The notes under the pieces: model-generated
Databases searched by the model: none
Told to the model about the DNA's origin: nothing
Seen by the model: only the letters and a program-made list of their open reading frames with translations
DNA from: Tagaea sp.
GTDB lineage: Bacteria > Pseudomonadota > Alphaproteobacteria > CACIAM-22H2
Direction: 5' to 3'
Assembly (NCBI GenBank): GCA_965279525.1
Contig: CBDIIB010000005.1
Span: forward strand, 96,001 to 160,000
DNA: 64,000 nucleotides
Translations under genes and position numbers: made by a program
In this document: one piece after another, positions 29,098 through 38,679 of the stretch
Layout of the letters: each line of letters opens with the position of its first letter
How positions within the stretch are numbered: the first letter of the stretch is position 1

Positions 29098-31230
29098 ATG
29101 AAGGCCGCTAATGCATTGAAAGCACTAGCACTATCTTCAGTTGTTCTCGGATGTTCCTACGACGTCGACATCAATGGCCGTAAGGAAGATCCGGACCAGG
29201 CAGCGACACTGGACTATGACGGCCTGCGGCAGGCGCCCGGCCTCGGCTGGTATGAGCTGTCGCAAGGATGGAATTCCGAACTCCGGCGCGCTTTCTGGTT
29301 CACGCCGCAAGGATCGGCGCTCATCCCTTACAAGTGGTTCCTGAATCTCGAGATGCCGAAACGGAACTGCGAGGGGAAATCCGACGCGGCGCTGAACAAG
29401 GGGAACTGGACCTATTTCCGGGATTCGGGCCATCTGCGCAGCCTCGGATTCATCCCCGCTTCCTCGGATCCCGTCTGGAATCCGGACGGGTTGCCCATCG
29501 GATTCGCCAAGTCGAGCACGCGAGAGGATGGTGAATTCCTGGGCCCCACTTGCGCCGCCTGCCACACGAATCTGATGCATCTGAAAGGCCGGAAGGTCCT
29601 CGTCGAAGGCGCACCCACACTTGCCGACATCCAGGGCCTGAATATCGGTCTGGCGAATGCGCTCTGCTCGATGGACGAAACGATGGTCGACAAGAACTTG
29701 CCGGATGCAGAATCCCGGAAGGCCGCGGCGAAAGCCCAGTTCAAGACATTCGCGGAAAAGGTGCTTGCCGGCGATCCGAAGGCGACCGGTGCCGAACCCT
29801 TCGCGAAGCTTCAGGAGGAGCTCTTCGCGAAGGTCCAGGAGCAGCGCGGCAGGATCATGGTCCGCAATGCGCGGAACTATTCGAACCTGAGCATCTATCC
29901 GCACTACGGCCGGGGCCGCCTCGACGCGGTCGGCGCCATCCTGAATGAAGCCGCGGTGGAAATCGCGAACCATGAAGACAACATCGTGCCCGCCAACGCG
30001 CCGGTGAGCTATCCCTTCCTCTGGGGAACGTCCCAGTCCGATGTCGTCCAGTGGAACGGATTCGCCCCCAATCAGTTCTTCGGCTTTGGCCCGCTCGGCC
30101 GGAACGCCGGCGAAGTCGTTGGCGTTTACGGATATCTGGACGCATTTCCGGAAAAAGTGGTCGAGGCGCAGAAACTGGAACTCCTCCGGAAACTGAAAGA
30201 CCTCAATTTTCTGCCTCCGGGGACTCCGGATGTGTCCAAAATCGATGGACCGTCGGATCGCAGTCTCACGACGACACTGACGGTCGATGACTTGAGGAAA
30301 TTCGCGCCGAAGGAAGTCGTCGAGGACGTAAACAGGCAGTCGCCTTTCCATCCGCTGCTGACCACGAGTGGATCGGCGCAGTTCGGTGGAATCGACTCGT
30401 CGATCCTGCTGAAGAATCTAGGCTCGATCGAACACTGGGTAGGCAAACTGCTCTCGCCGAAATGGCCGGCGGATGTATTGGGAAAAATCGATCCGGAAAA
30501 ATCCGGCCGGGGCAGGGAAATTTACGAGAATGCCTGCGCCAGCTGCCACCAGATCGTCGAGCGCCGCGATCAGCACAAGGCATACTTCGCGAAAATGGTC
30601 CGGATACCGGAAGTCGGAACCGATCCGGCAATGGCGGAGAACTTCCTGCTCGAGAGGCATCCGTCGACTGGCAAGCCCTGGAAAACGGGCTTCTTCAAAG
30701 ACACGAAAATCGGCTTTCCCTGGGAAGGCCGCTTCGGCGAGAACTTCACGGTCAGGGGCGAGGCGCTGACCGCCATCGTCTTCGACGTGATCCTCGGCAA
30801 ACTGCTGCCCGACGGGATTTCCGGCGCGATCCGCAGTCGGTCCGTCTCCGAGGAAAATCCGGCAACCAGTGCCGGCGGCGACAGGCTCTACCGCTACAAG
30901 GCGCGGCCGCTCAACGGAATCTGGGCAACGGCGCCGTATCTGCATAACGGGTCGGTGCCCAATCTTGCGCAGCTCCTGATGCCTGAAGCGGAACGGGACA
31001 AGATCTTCTGTGTCGGAAGCCGGGAATTCGACCCGGACGTCGTCGGCTTCGTCTCGAAGATCGGCCCGGACGGAAAATGCATCGACGTCGAGGACTACGC
31101 CATGCCGCTCGATACTTCCTATTTCGGAAGCTCGAACAGGGGCCATCACTATGGCGTCGAACTGGACAAGGACAAGGACAAGAACAGAGCCATGAAGGCC
31201 GACCTGCTTGAGTTCCTGAAAACACTCTAG
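29098..31230 (+). CDS. Di-heme c-type cytochrome lipoprotein, RoxA/MauG-like
   Basis: Lipobox VLGC; CAACH and CASCH; GRLDAVG; YKARPLNGIWATAPYLHNGSVP. Confidence 0.85.
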   Translation: MKAANALKALALSSVVLGCSYDVDINGRKEDPDQAATLDYDGLRQAPGLGWYELSQGWNSELRRAFWFTPQGSALIPYKWFLNLEMPKRNCEGKSDAALNKGNWTYFRDSGHLRSLGFIPASSDPVWNPDGLPIGFAKSSTREDGEFLGPTCAACHTNLMHLKGRKVLVEGAPTLADIQGLNIGLANALCSMDETMVDKNLPDAESRKAAAKAQFKTFAEKVLAGDPKATGAEPFAKLQEELFAKVQEQRGRIMVRNARNYSNLSIYPHYGRGRLDAVGAILNEAAVEIANHEDNIVPANAPVSYPFLWGTSQSDVVQWNGFAPNQFFGFGPLGRNAGEVVGVYGYLDAFPEKVVEAQKLELLRKLKDLNFLPPGTPDVSKIDGPSDRSLTTTLTVDDLRKFAPKEVVEDVNRQSPFHPLLTTSGSAQFGGIDSSILLKNLGSIEHWVGKLLSPKWPADVLGKIDPEKSGRGREIYENACASCHQIVERRDQHKAYFAKMVRIPEVGTDPAMAENFLLERHPSTGKPWKTGFFKDTKIGFPWEGRFGENFTVRGEALTAIVFDVILGKLLPDGISGAIRSRSVSEENPATSAGGDRLYRYKARPLNGIWATAPYLHNGSVPNLAQLLMPEAERDKIFCVGSREFDPDVVGFVSKIGPDGKCIDVEDYAMPLDTSYFGSSNRGHHYGVELDKDKDKNRAMKADLLEFLKTL

Positions 31231-31252
31231 TCCGCCAGCGAAGGAGCAGGAA

Positions 31253-32491
31253 ATGTCTTCGCCCCCGATCCCGGGACCGGCAAAAGCCGCGCGGTTCGCC
31301 GTTTTCGGCGTGCTGCTGCTCCTCGCAGCCTGTGCCGATTCCGCGAACCCGGATCCGCAGATGCCGAAGCGCCTGGTCGAGGTGGTCGAGCAGGACAGCG
31401 AGAAGGAGGCTGCGAAGGCGATCGGCGATGCGATCGAGATCGGCCTCGCCCGACGCGCCGGGCAGCGCGGGCGCGCGCCGGGGTCAGACGATTTCGCCCG
31501 CCAGAGGCCAATTGTCCGCGATGCCCATCCCAAGGCCCATGGCTGCGTCAAGGCGAACTTCACGGTCGAGGCTAAACTGCCGGTGGAACTCGCGAAGGGC
31601 GTCTTCAAGCCGGGCAGTTCGTACTGCTCCTGGGTGCGGTTCTCGAATTCGAATGAGGATCCGGATCGCTCCGACGCCCTGAAGGACGGGCGGGGAATGG
31701 CGATCAAGCTGCTTGGCGGGCCGGACGAGCCCCTGCTGCCGGCCCACAAGGGCGCTAGGACGCAGGATTTCATCATGATCAGCCATCCCGTCTTCTTCAT
31801 AGACGACGCGAAGGACTACGCGACCCTCGTGCAGGAACAGAACAAGGAACGCGGTGCCTCGCTTCTGAAGCTGTTCTCGGCGATCGGGATCAAGGGAACG
31901 CTCAATGCCCTCGCGATCACGAACCGGAAGAACCGGAACCCGCTTGAAGGCGAATACTGGTCGATGGTGCCCTATCGGCTGGGGACCGGCAACACGGCCA
32001 AGGTGATCAAATTCAAAAGCCAGCCCTGCGGGTTCGAAAATCGGGAAAAGCGCGAGAAGGCCTACTACCGCAATCCGGAAATTCCGGACAGCGCCGCGCC
32101 GAAGTTCCTGCGGCAGGCATTGAAGTCGAGCATGGAAACCGGCTCGCCCTGCATGGAGTTCCTCGTCCAGATCGGCGTGGAACCGATGAGCGTCGAGGAT
32201 GCCAAGACCGAATGGTCGCCCGAGATAGCGCCGTTCCAGAAGGTCGCCACGCTCCGTTTTCCCGAAGGCCAGAACTTCGACACGCCCGAACAGAACCTCG
32301 CCTGCGAAGACATGGCGTTCGACCCCTGGCATGCCTCGGTCGAGCACCAGCCGCTCGGCGCGCTGAACCGCATCCGCAAGGAGGTGTATCAGCGGATCAG
32401 CAGTTTCAGGCGGGCCGGCAACCGGGCATCCCAGCAAGAGCCGCCAGCCTTCCAGCTCGACCAGTGCAGCAATGGACTCTGGCGGCGCTGA
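31253..32491 (+). CDS. Catalase-related heme lipoprotein
   Basis: Lipobox LAAC; RDAHPKAHGC (distal His); VRFSN; RGMAIK; FDPWH; RIRKEVY (proximal Tyr). Confidence 0.85.
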   Translation: MSSPPIPGPAKAARFAVFGVLLLLAACADSANPDPQMPKRLVEVVEQDSEKEAAKAIGDAIEIGLARRAGQRGRAPGSDDFARQRPIVRDAHPKAHGCVKANFTVEAKLPVELAKGVFKPGSSYCSWVRFSNSNEDPDRSDALKDGRGMAIKLLGGPDEPLLPAHKGARTQDFIMISHPVFFIDDAKDYATLVQEQNKERGASLLKLFSAIGIKGTLNALAITNRKNRNPLEGEYWSMVPYRLGTGNTAKVIKFKSQPCGFENREKREKAYYRNPEIPDSAAPKFLRQALKSSMETGSPCMEFLVQIGVEPMSVEDAKTEWSPEIAPFQKVATLRFPEGQNFDTPEQNLACEDMAFDPWHASVEHQPLGALNRIRKEVYQRISSFRRAGNRASQQEPPAFQLDQCSNGLWRR

Positions 32492-32554
32492 CCCGGCCGT
32501 CGAGCAGCACGCTGAGCGCGACGAGGTCGCGGCGGACCTCGTCGTCCACGGGTG

Positions 32555-32968
32555 CTACGCTTTCGGGATGACGCCGCGCCGGCGCAGGATCTCGATTTCC
32601 TCTTCCGTCCCGCCCTGCTCGGCGCCGCGTTCGCGGATCAGGAAGGCCGGGCGGTTGGAGATCACGCGCAGTTCCTTGACCGCCTTGCGCGGCAGCGGGA
32701 TGCGCGCGTCCTTGCAATAAGAGATAAGGGCGGCGGCCACCTCGTTGGCGGTGAATTTGCGCGCGACGATGCCGCCATCGTCCTTTTCCAGGTGCAGCGA
32801 CAGCGTGATCTCGTCGGCATCGAGCACGAGGCGCGTGATCTGGCCCACCGGCAGCGGCTTCTTGCGCATGCGCGCGAAGGCGCCGATGGCGCGCACGAGT
32901 TCGCTTTCCCGGAAGAAGATCAACCGGTATTCCCACACACCCGGCGGCAGGCCCGCGGCTTTGCTCAC
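32555..32968 (-). CDS. Hypothetical protein (paralog of the upstream gene)
   Basis: GTG start overlaps the upstream TGA; EYRLIFF...AAALISYCKDARIPLPRKAVKEL. Confidence 0.75.
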   Translation of the reverse strand: MSKAAGLPPGVWEYRLIFFRESELVRAIGAFARMRKKPLPVGQITRLVLDADEITLSLHLEKDDGGIVARKFTANEVAAALISYCKDARIPLPRKAVKELRVISNRPAFLIRERGAEQGGTEEEIEILRRRGVIPKA

Positions 32969-33333
32969 GCGGCCCGCTTGGCGAGTTCGAGCGCCAGGAA
33001 TTCCGGTGCTTCGGGGCCGGCGATATGCACGACCAGCGCGAGCTTGCTGTCGAGCAGGTAGGTCTCCTTGGTCGACTTCAGCGGCAGCCGGATGCCCTTG
33101 TCCTTGCACATCAGGATCATCGCCGCCGACAGCGAGGCGCGGTCGAAGCGGTAGCGCTCGGGCCGTCCGTCCTTGGCCGCGAAGATGAGCTCGCAGTTCA
33201 GCGTCTCGGGATCGATCTTGAATTCTTCGGGCTGGCGCACGGGCACGGCCACGCCGCGCTTGCGCTGGTAGCTGACCAGCCCTTCGCGCACGTCGCGCCA
33301 CGTGAAAAGGATGCACCTGTACTCGCTCGCCAT
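32965..33333 (-). CDS. Hypothetical protein (paralog of the downstream gene)
   Basis: EYRCILF...SAAMILMCKDKGIRLPLKSTKET. Confidence 0.75.
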   Translation of the reverse strand: MASEYRCILFTWRDVREGLVSYQRKRGVAVPVRQPEEFKIDPETLNCELIFAAKDGRPERYRFDRASLSAAMILMCKDKGIRLPLKSTKETYLLDSKLALVVHIAGPEAPEFLALELAKRAA

Positions 33334-33408
33334 CGCACCGGGTCCGGGGTCGTCAGGGCTTGTCGGCTCTGACTAACCCGGAAAACCCCCGGATGCAACG
33401 GGGCGGCG

Positions 33409-36400
33409 TTATTCGGCCGGGGTCGCGGCCGGCGGCACGGCCTTGCTCTTGCGCGCCATGCCGCGCACCACGACGTAGAACACCGGCGTCAGGAACAGCC
33501 CGAACAGCGTGACCCCGAGCATGCCCGAGAACACCGCGGTACCCAGCGACTGGCGCATTTCGGCCCCGGGGCCCGTCGCCGTGACGAGCGGGACCACGCC
33601 CAGGATGAAGGCGAAGGCCGTCATCAGGATGGGGCGCAGGCGCAGGCGGCACGCCTCGACCACCGCGGCGATGGCGTCCTTGTTGTCGTCCTCGAGCTGG
33701 CGGGCGAACTCCACGATCAGGATGGCGTTCTTGGCCGCAAGGCCCACCAGCACGATGAGGCCGACCTGCACGAGGATGTTGTTGTCGAGCCCGCGCACCA
33801 TCACGCCGGCAAGGGCCGACAGCACGCTCATCGGCACGATCAGCACGATCGCGAACGGCATGCCCCAGCTTTCGTACTGGGCGGCGAGTGCCAGGAACAC
33901 GAACACCACCGCGAGGATGAAGATATAGGTCGCGGTGTTGCCGGTGAGCTTCTCCTGGTAGGCAAGCTCGGTCCATTCGTAGCCGATGCCCTGCGGCAGC
34001 ACTTCGTTGGCGACCTGCTCGATCGTCGCGATCGCCTGGCTCGACGTGATGCCGGGGGCGGCGGCCGCCTGGATGGGCACCGAGATATACGCGTTGTAGC
34101 GCTGGACGAGATCGGGACCGGTCGTGTCGCGGATCTCGGCGAGCGTGCCCAGCGGCACGAGTGCCCCCGTCGCCGAACGCACGCGCAGGCGCGCGATGTC
34201 CTCGCGGTCGAGACGGAAGCCGTTGTCGGCCTGTGCACGCACCTGGTAGACGCGGCCGAACGCGTTGAAGTCGTTCACGTAGGCCGTGCCCAGATTGTAC
34301 TGGAGCGTTTCGAAGATGTTGCCGATCGGCACGTTCAGGATCTGCGCCTTCGTGCGGTCGATCTCCAGATAGATCTGCGGCGTGCTGGACGAGAACGTCG
34401 TGAACACACCCACGAGGCCCGGCGTCTGCCGCAGCCGGCCGATCAGGTCCTGCGAGGCGGCAAGCACGCGGCCGACGTCGTTGCCGGTGCGCTCCTGCAG
34501 CTGCAGCTTGACGCCGCCCAGCGAGCCGATGCCGGGAACCGACGGCGGCGGGATCGCGATGATGAAGGCTTCCTGGATCTGCTGGAGCCGGCCGAAGAGC
34601 TGGCCGACGATCGCCATCGACGGCAGCCCGTCGCGCACGCGCTCGGCGAACGGCTTGAAGCCGGCGAAGATGACGGCGGCATTGGGCGAGTTGGTGAAGG
34701 TCGCACCCGAGAAGCCGGCGAAGGCGACGGCATCCTTGACGCCGGGAGTGGCCTGCATGATCTCGGAGGCGCGGCGCACGACCGCGTCGGTGCGTTCGAG
34801 CGACGCGCCGTCGGGCAGCTGGATGGCCACGATCGCGTAGCCGCGGTCGAGCGGCGGGATGAAGCCGGTGGGAACGGTCATGCCGATCCACGCGGTGGCG
34901 GCACCCAGTGCCACGTACACGCCCAGCATCAGCGCCTTGCGCCGCACGAGGATGCCGGTTGCCTTCGCGTAGCCGTCACCCATGCGGTCGAAGCCGCGGT
35001 TGAAGATGCCGGCGGCCTTGCCGGCGAGCTTCGCCACGGGATTGGTCGGCACATGATGCGGGTCGTGCTTCTTGAGCATGATCGCCGCGAGTGCCGGAGA
35101 AAGCGTGAGGGAATTGAACGCCGACAGCACCGTGGCGACCGCGATGGTCGCGGCGAACTGGCGGTAGAACTGGCCCTGCAGCCCCGGCACGAAGGCCGAC
35201 GGGATGAACACGGCCGACAGTACGACCGCGATGGCGATGACGGCGGTTCCCACCTCGTCCATCGTCGTGTGCGCGGCATCGCGCGGGGTCATGCCCTCGG
35301 CGATGTTGCGTTCCACGTTCTCGACCACGACGATCGCGTCGTCGACGACGATGCCGATCGCCAGCACCATGCCGAAGAGCGTGAGCACGTTGAGCGAGAA
35401 GCCGAACTGCAGCAGCACCGCGAACGTGCCGATCAGCGACACCGGGATCGCGAGGATCGGGATCAGCGCCGCACGCCAGCTCTGCAGGAAGACGAGCACG
35501 ACGAGGGCGACGAGCAGGATCGCCTCGATCAGCGTGGTGTAGACCGCGGTGATCGATTCCTGGATGAAGCTCGTCGGGTTGTAGACGACCTGGTAGTCGA
35601 CGCCGACGGGGAAGTTCTTCTTGAGCTCGGCCATGCGCCCGAGGATCGCGTCGGCGGTGGCGAGCGCGTTGGAGCCCGGGCGCTGGAACACCGCGAGCGC
35701 CACGGCGGGCTTGCCGTTGAGGTAGGAGTTCGTGACGTATTCCTTGGCACCCAGTTCGAGGCGCGCGACATCGCCCACGCGCACGAGCCGGCCGCCGTCG
35801 CCCGAGCGGACGATCACGTCGCGGAACTGGCGCAGGTCGTCGAAGCGGCCCTGCGTTGTGACCGCAAGCTGGAACGCGGCCCCTTCCGAGGGCGGGGTGC
35901 CCAAGGCACCGCCCGAGACCTGCACGTTCTGTTCGCGGAGTGCGCGCACCACGTCGCCGGCCGAAAGGCTGTAGCTGGCGAGCTTGTCGGGGTCCATCCA
36001 CACGCGCACGGCGTATTCGCGCGCACCGAACACGATGAGGTCGCCCACGCCCTCGATGCGCAGCAGCTGGTCGCGGATGCGCAGCAGCGCGTAGTTCGAG
36101 ATGTAGAGCTGGTCGTAGCTGTCGTCGGGCGAGAGCATGTGCACGACCAACATCAGGTCGGGCGAGCTCTTCTGCGTGGTGATGCCCAGGCGCCGCACTT
36201 CCTCGGGCAGGCGCGCGGTCGCGATCTGCACGCGGTTCTGGACGAGGACCTGCGCGTTGTCGAGATCGGTGCCGGCCTTGAACGTGATGGTCAGCGACAT
36301 CGAGCCGTCGGCCGTGGCGTAGGACGACATGTAGAGCATGTCTTCCACGCCGTTGATTTCCTGCTCGAGCGGCGTTGCCACCGTCGCGGCGACGGTCTGG

Positions 36401-36567
36401 GCATCGGCGCCGGGATAGCTCGCGCGCACGACGATCGTGGGCGGCGCGATCTCGGGATACTCGGCCACGGGAAGCTGGGTGAACGCGATGGCGCCCAGGA
36501 TGACCGTGATGATCGACAGCACCGACGCGAAGATCGGATGGTCGACGAAGAAATGGGTGAAACGCAT
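33409..36567 (-). CDS. HAE1-family RND efflux permease
   Basis: LPVAEYPEIAPP; AIGIVVDDAIVVVENVER; GLAAKNAILIVEFA; RLRPILMT. Confidence 0.96.
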   Translation of the reverse strand: MRFTHFFVDHPIFASVLSIITVILGAIAFTQLPVAEYPEIAPPTIVVRASYPGADAQTVAATVATPLEQEINGVEDMLYMSSYATADGSMSLTITFKAGTDLDNAQVLVQNRVQIATARLPEEVRRLGITTQKSSPDLMLVVHMLSPDDSYDQLYISNYALLRIRDQLLRIEGVGDLIVFGAREYAVRVWMDPDKLASYSLSAGDVVRALREQNVQVSGGALGTPPSEGAAFQLAVTTQGRFDDLRQFRDVIVRSGDGGRLVRVGDVARLELGAKEYVTNSYLNGKPAVALAVFQRPGSNALATADAILGRMAELKKNFPVGVDYQVVYNPTSFIQESITAVYTTLIEAILLVALVVLVFLQSWRAALIPILAIPVSLIGTFAVLLQFGFSLNVLTLFGMVLAIGIVVDDAIVVVENVERNIAEGMTPRDAAHTTMDEVGTAVIAIAVVLSAVFIPSAFVPGLQGQFYRQFAATIAVATVLSAFNSLTLSPALAAIMLKKHDPHHVPTNPVAKLAGKAAGIFNRGFDRMGDGYAKATGILVRRKALMLGVYVALGAATAWIGMTVPTGFIPPLDRGYAIVAIQLPDGASLERTDAVVRRASEIMQATPGVKDAVAFAGFSGATFTNSPNAAVIFAGFKPFAERVRDGLPSMAIVGQLFGRLQQIQEAFIIAIPPPSVPGIGSLGGVKLQLQERTGNDVGRVLAASQDLIGRLRQTPGLVGVFTTFSSSTPQIYLEIDRTKAQILNVPIGNIFETLQYNLGTAYVNDFNAFGRVYQVRAQADNGFRLDREDIARLRVRSATGALVPLGTLAEIRDTTGPDLVQRYNAYISVPIQAAAAPGITSSQAIATIEQVANEVLPQGIGYEWTELAYQEKLTGNTATYIFILAVVFVFLALAAQYESWGMPFAIVLIVPMSVLSALAGVMVRGLDNNILVQVGLIVLVGLAAKNAILIVEFARQLEDDNKDAIAAVVEACRLRLRPILMTAFAFILGVVPLVTATGPGAEMRQSLGTAVFSGMLGVTLFGLFLTPVFYVVVRGMARKSKAVPPAATPAE

Positions 36568-36582
36568 GGGCTGCAGGCTCCC

Positions 36583-37734
36583 TTAGCGCTTGGCCGGAAG
36601 GTCGACGCGCTGGGGCGTGACCTTGCCGCCGGGGCGCACGCGCTGGAGCCCGGCGATGACGATCGTCTCGGAGCCGTCGAGACCGTTGCGGATCACGCGG
36701 TAGCCGTCGATGCGCGGGCCCGGGCGCACGAGGCGCACGGCCACGTCGCCGTTCTCGGCCACCACCCACACGAGGCGGCGGTCCTGGTCGGACGAGATCG
36801 CCTCGTCGGGGACGAGCACGGCTTTATAGGCGTTGGAACCGGGCACGCGGATGCGCCCGAACAGGCCCGGCGTGAGGAGCGCGTCCTTGTTCTCGAACGT
36901 CGCGCGCGCGCGCATCGTGCCCGACGCCGGGTCGATGCGGTTGTCGAGGAACTCCATGCGACCCTTGCGCGGCAGATCTCGCTCGTCGAGGAGCCCTGCG
37001 AACACCTCGAAGCCGCCGAGATCGCGGCCCGAGGGCCGGTTGCCGTCGGCGGTGTTGCGCGTGTAGGCGATGAACGAACGCTCGTCGATGTCGAAATAGA
37101 AATGGATCGGGTCGGTCGACACGACCGAGGCGAGCAGCGTCTGGTCGGCGGCCACGAGATTGCCTTCCGACACGAGCTTGCGCCCGATGCGCCCGGTGAT
37201 CGGGCTGCGGATCTCGGTGAACCCCAGATTGAGGCGGGCGGATTCGAGATCGGCGCGCAGGCCCGCGATGTCGGCCTGCGCCTGCTGGAAGGTCTGGCGG
37301 GCCTGTTCGAGCTGGCGCTCGGGCGCGTTGCCCGAGCGCGCGAGACGCTCGTAACGGTCGAGGTCGCCGCGCGCGAAATCGACGCGCGTCTGGGCGGCGT
37401 TGACGGCGGCGGTGGCGCGCGCATACGTCGCGGCGTAGGGGCGCTTGTCGATGACGAAAAGCAGCTCGCCTTCCTTGACGATCTGGCCGTCGCGGAACTT
37501 CACCTGTTCGAGATATCCCGAGACGCGCGCGCGCAGGTCGACCGAGTCGACCGCATCGAAGCGGCCGGTGAACTCGTCCTGCTCGATGATTTCCTTGACC
37601 ACCGGCTTGGCGACCGTGACGGGCGGCGGGCCGGGCGGACCGCCCTGCGCCATCGCGTCGTCCGCGAAAATCGGCGAAGCGAGCGCCATCGAGGCGCCGA
37701 GCAGCGCCGTCGCAAACCGGTTCCGGATTGTCAT
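36583..37734 (-). CDS. RND periplasmic adaptor (membrane fusion protein)
   Basis: LRARVSGYL; IRSPITGRIG; DNRIDPASGT; GLQRVRPG. Confidence 0.94.
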   Translation of the reverse strand: MTIRNRFATALLGASMALASPIFADDAMAQGGPPGPPPVTVAKPVVKEIIEQDEFTGRFDAVDSVDLRARVSGYLEQVKFRDGQIVKEGELLFVIDKRPYAATYARATAAVNAAQTRVDFARGDLDRYERLARSGNAPERQLEQARQTFQQAQADIAGLRADLESARLNLGFTEIRSPITGRIGRKLVSEGNLVAADQTLLASVVSTDPIHFYFDIDERSFIAYTRNTADGNRPSGRDLGGFEVFAGLLDERDLPRKGRMEFLDNRIDPASGTMRARATFENKDALLTPGLFGRIRVPGSNAYKAVLVPDEAISSDQDRRLVWVVAENGDVAVRLVRPGPRIDGYRVIRNGLDGSETIVIAGLQRVRPGGKVTPQRVDLPAKR

Positions 37735-37914
37735 TGTGCGGTCCCCGAACGATCCCCCGATCTGTCTGGCGACATGGCGTGCCACTGCGCCGGGGGAATA
37801 TCGCAGTGCAGCATTGGACCAAATATAGGAATGGTCCACGGCAAAACTCAAGCGTGCCGCACAGAAATTAATTGCGACTTTTCATCATCGAATTGAAACA
37901 TAACGACAAAGGAA

Positions 37915-37944
37915 CGCCCGGTGCGGGGGACCTCGCACCGGGCG
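37915..37944 (-). terminator. GC hairpin, probable terminator of the small secreted-protein gene
   Basis: CGCCCGGTGCG-loop-CGCACCGGGCG followed on the minus strand by TTCCTTT. Confidence 0.6.
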
Positions 37945-37963
37945 CCTGTCGTTCGGGCGGAGC

Positions 37964-38173
37964 CTAGTTCTTCTTCGGCTCGGCCTTCGTCTCGGTCGCC
38001 TTCGCGGCGGGGGCGTGCGCCTTGTCGTCGACCTTGCCGGCGGGCTTGGCCGGCGCCTGTGCGGTGACGGCGGGCTTCGCCGGGGTGGCCGGCGTCGCCG
38101 GCGTTGCCTGCGCGAACGCGATCGACGGGGCGGCGAGCGACAGGGCCAGGGCGAGTGCGGCGAACTTCTTCAT
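37964..38173 (-). CDS. Small secreted Ala/Pro/Lys-rich protein
   Basis: Signal peptide MKKFAALALALSLAAPSIAFA followed by (ATP)3 repeats and a PAK-rich tail. Confidence 0.75.
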   Translation of the reverse strand: MKKFAALALALSLAAPSIAFAQATPATPATPAKPAVTAQAPAKPAGKVDDKAHAPAAKATETKAEPKKN

Positions 38174-38327
38174 CGAGAGTCTCCGGTTTTCTAGAGCCGG
38201 CGGCACCAAGCCGCCTCTCTTCCGGACAATGCGCGAGGGCAGCGGGCTATTCCGCGCTCAATTTCGGCATCTTCGTGGCATTTGTCCCGAGGTGAAAACG
38301 TTCAGGCGAAAAAATCAGCCCTCGCCG

Positions 38328-38534
38328 TCAGGCGAAAAAATCATACGTCTTGCCGACGCCGAATTCGACGAGCTCGGGCGCCTGGATGCGCGGCGGATCG
38401 AAGAACGAGCGCGGCGACCACGGCTGCGTGTTGAACGCGGCGGCGGCGGTGCCGGCCTCGTAGGACGGGGTCGTCGAGATGTAACCCGAGGGGCCACCCC
38501 CGAAACCGGTGGCGGCGGTGATCGAACCAGCCAT
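38328..38534 (-). CDS. Small hypothetical protein, 68 aa
   Basis: SD GGAGA; own sigma70 promoter; C-terminal GKTYDFFA. Confidence 0.65.
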   Translation of the reverse strand: MAGSITAATGFGGGPSGYISTTPSYEAGTAAAAFNTQPWSPRSFFDPPRIQAPELVEFGVGKTYDFFA

Positions 38535-38584
38535 GAGCTTTCTCTCCAGTGGCGAAACGTTCGCGGTTCTCGCGAGGTACGGAC

Positions 38585-38613
38585 TTTATAGCACGGAGCA
38601 CCTGGACTGGCAA
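38585..38613 (-). promoter_or_regulatory. Sigma70-type promoter of the 38328-38534 gene
   Basis: Minus strand TTGCCA-17 nt-TATAAA. Confidence 0.7.
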
Positions 38614-38630
38614 AAGCCCCGAAAAATCGA

Positions 38631-38679
38631 GGCCCCGCCGCCCGTCCGCCCGCGGGGCGGATGGGGCATTGGCGGGGCC
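38631..38679. terminator. Long GC hairpin, terminator-like in both directions
   Basis: GGCCCCGCC/GGCGGGGCC outer stem and CCCGTCCGCCC/GGGCGGATGGG inner stem; T-rich flanks on each strand. Confidence 0.55.

Noticed and set aside
35053-37896. 947-aa plus-strand ORF, and similar long antisense or alternative-frame ORFs (10894-13365, 47378-49918, 50466-52556)
   Set aside because: Shadow frames of well-supported genes in high-GC DNA; Arg/Ala/Gly-rich with no motifs
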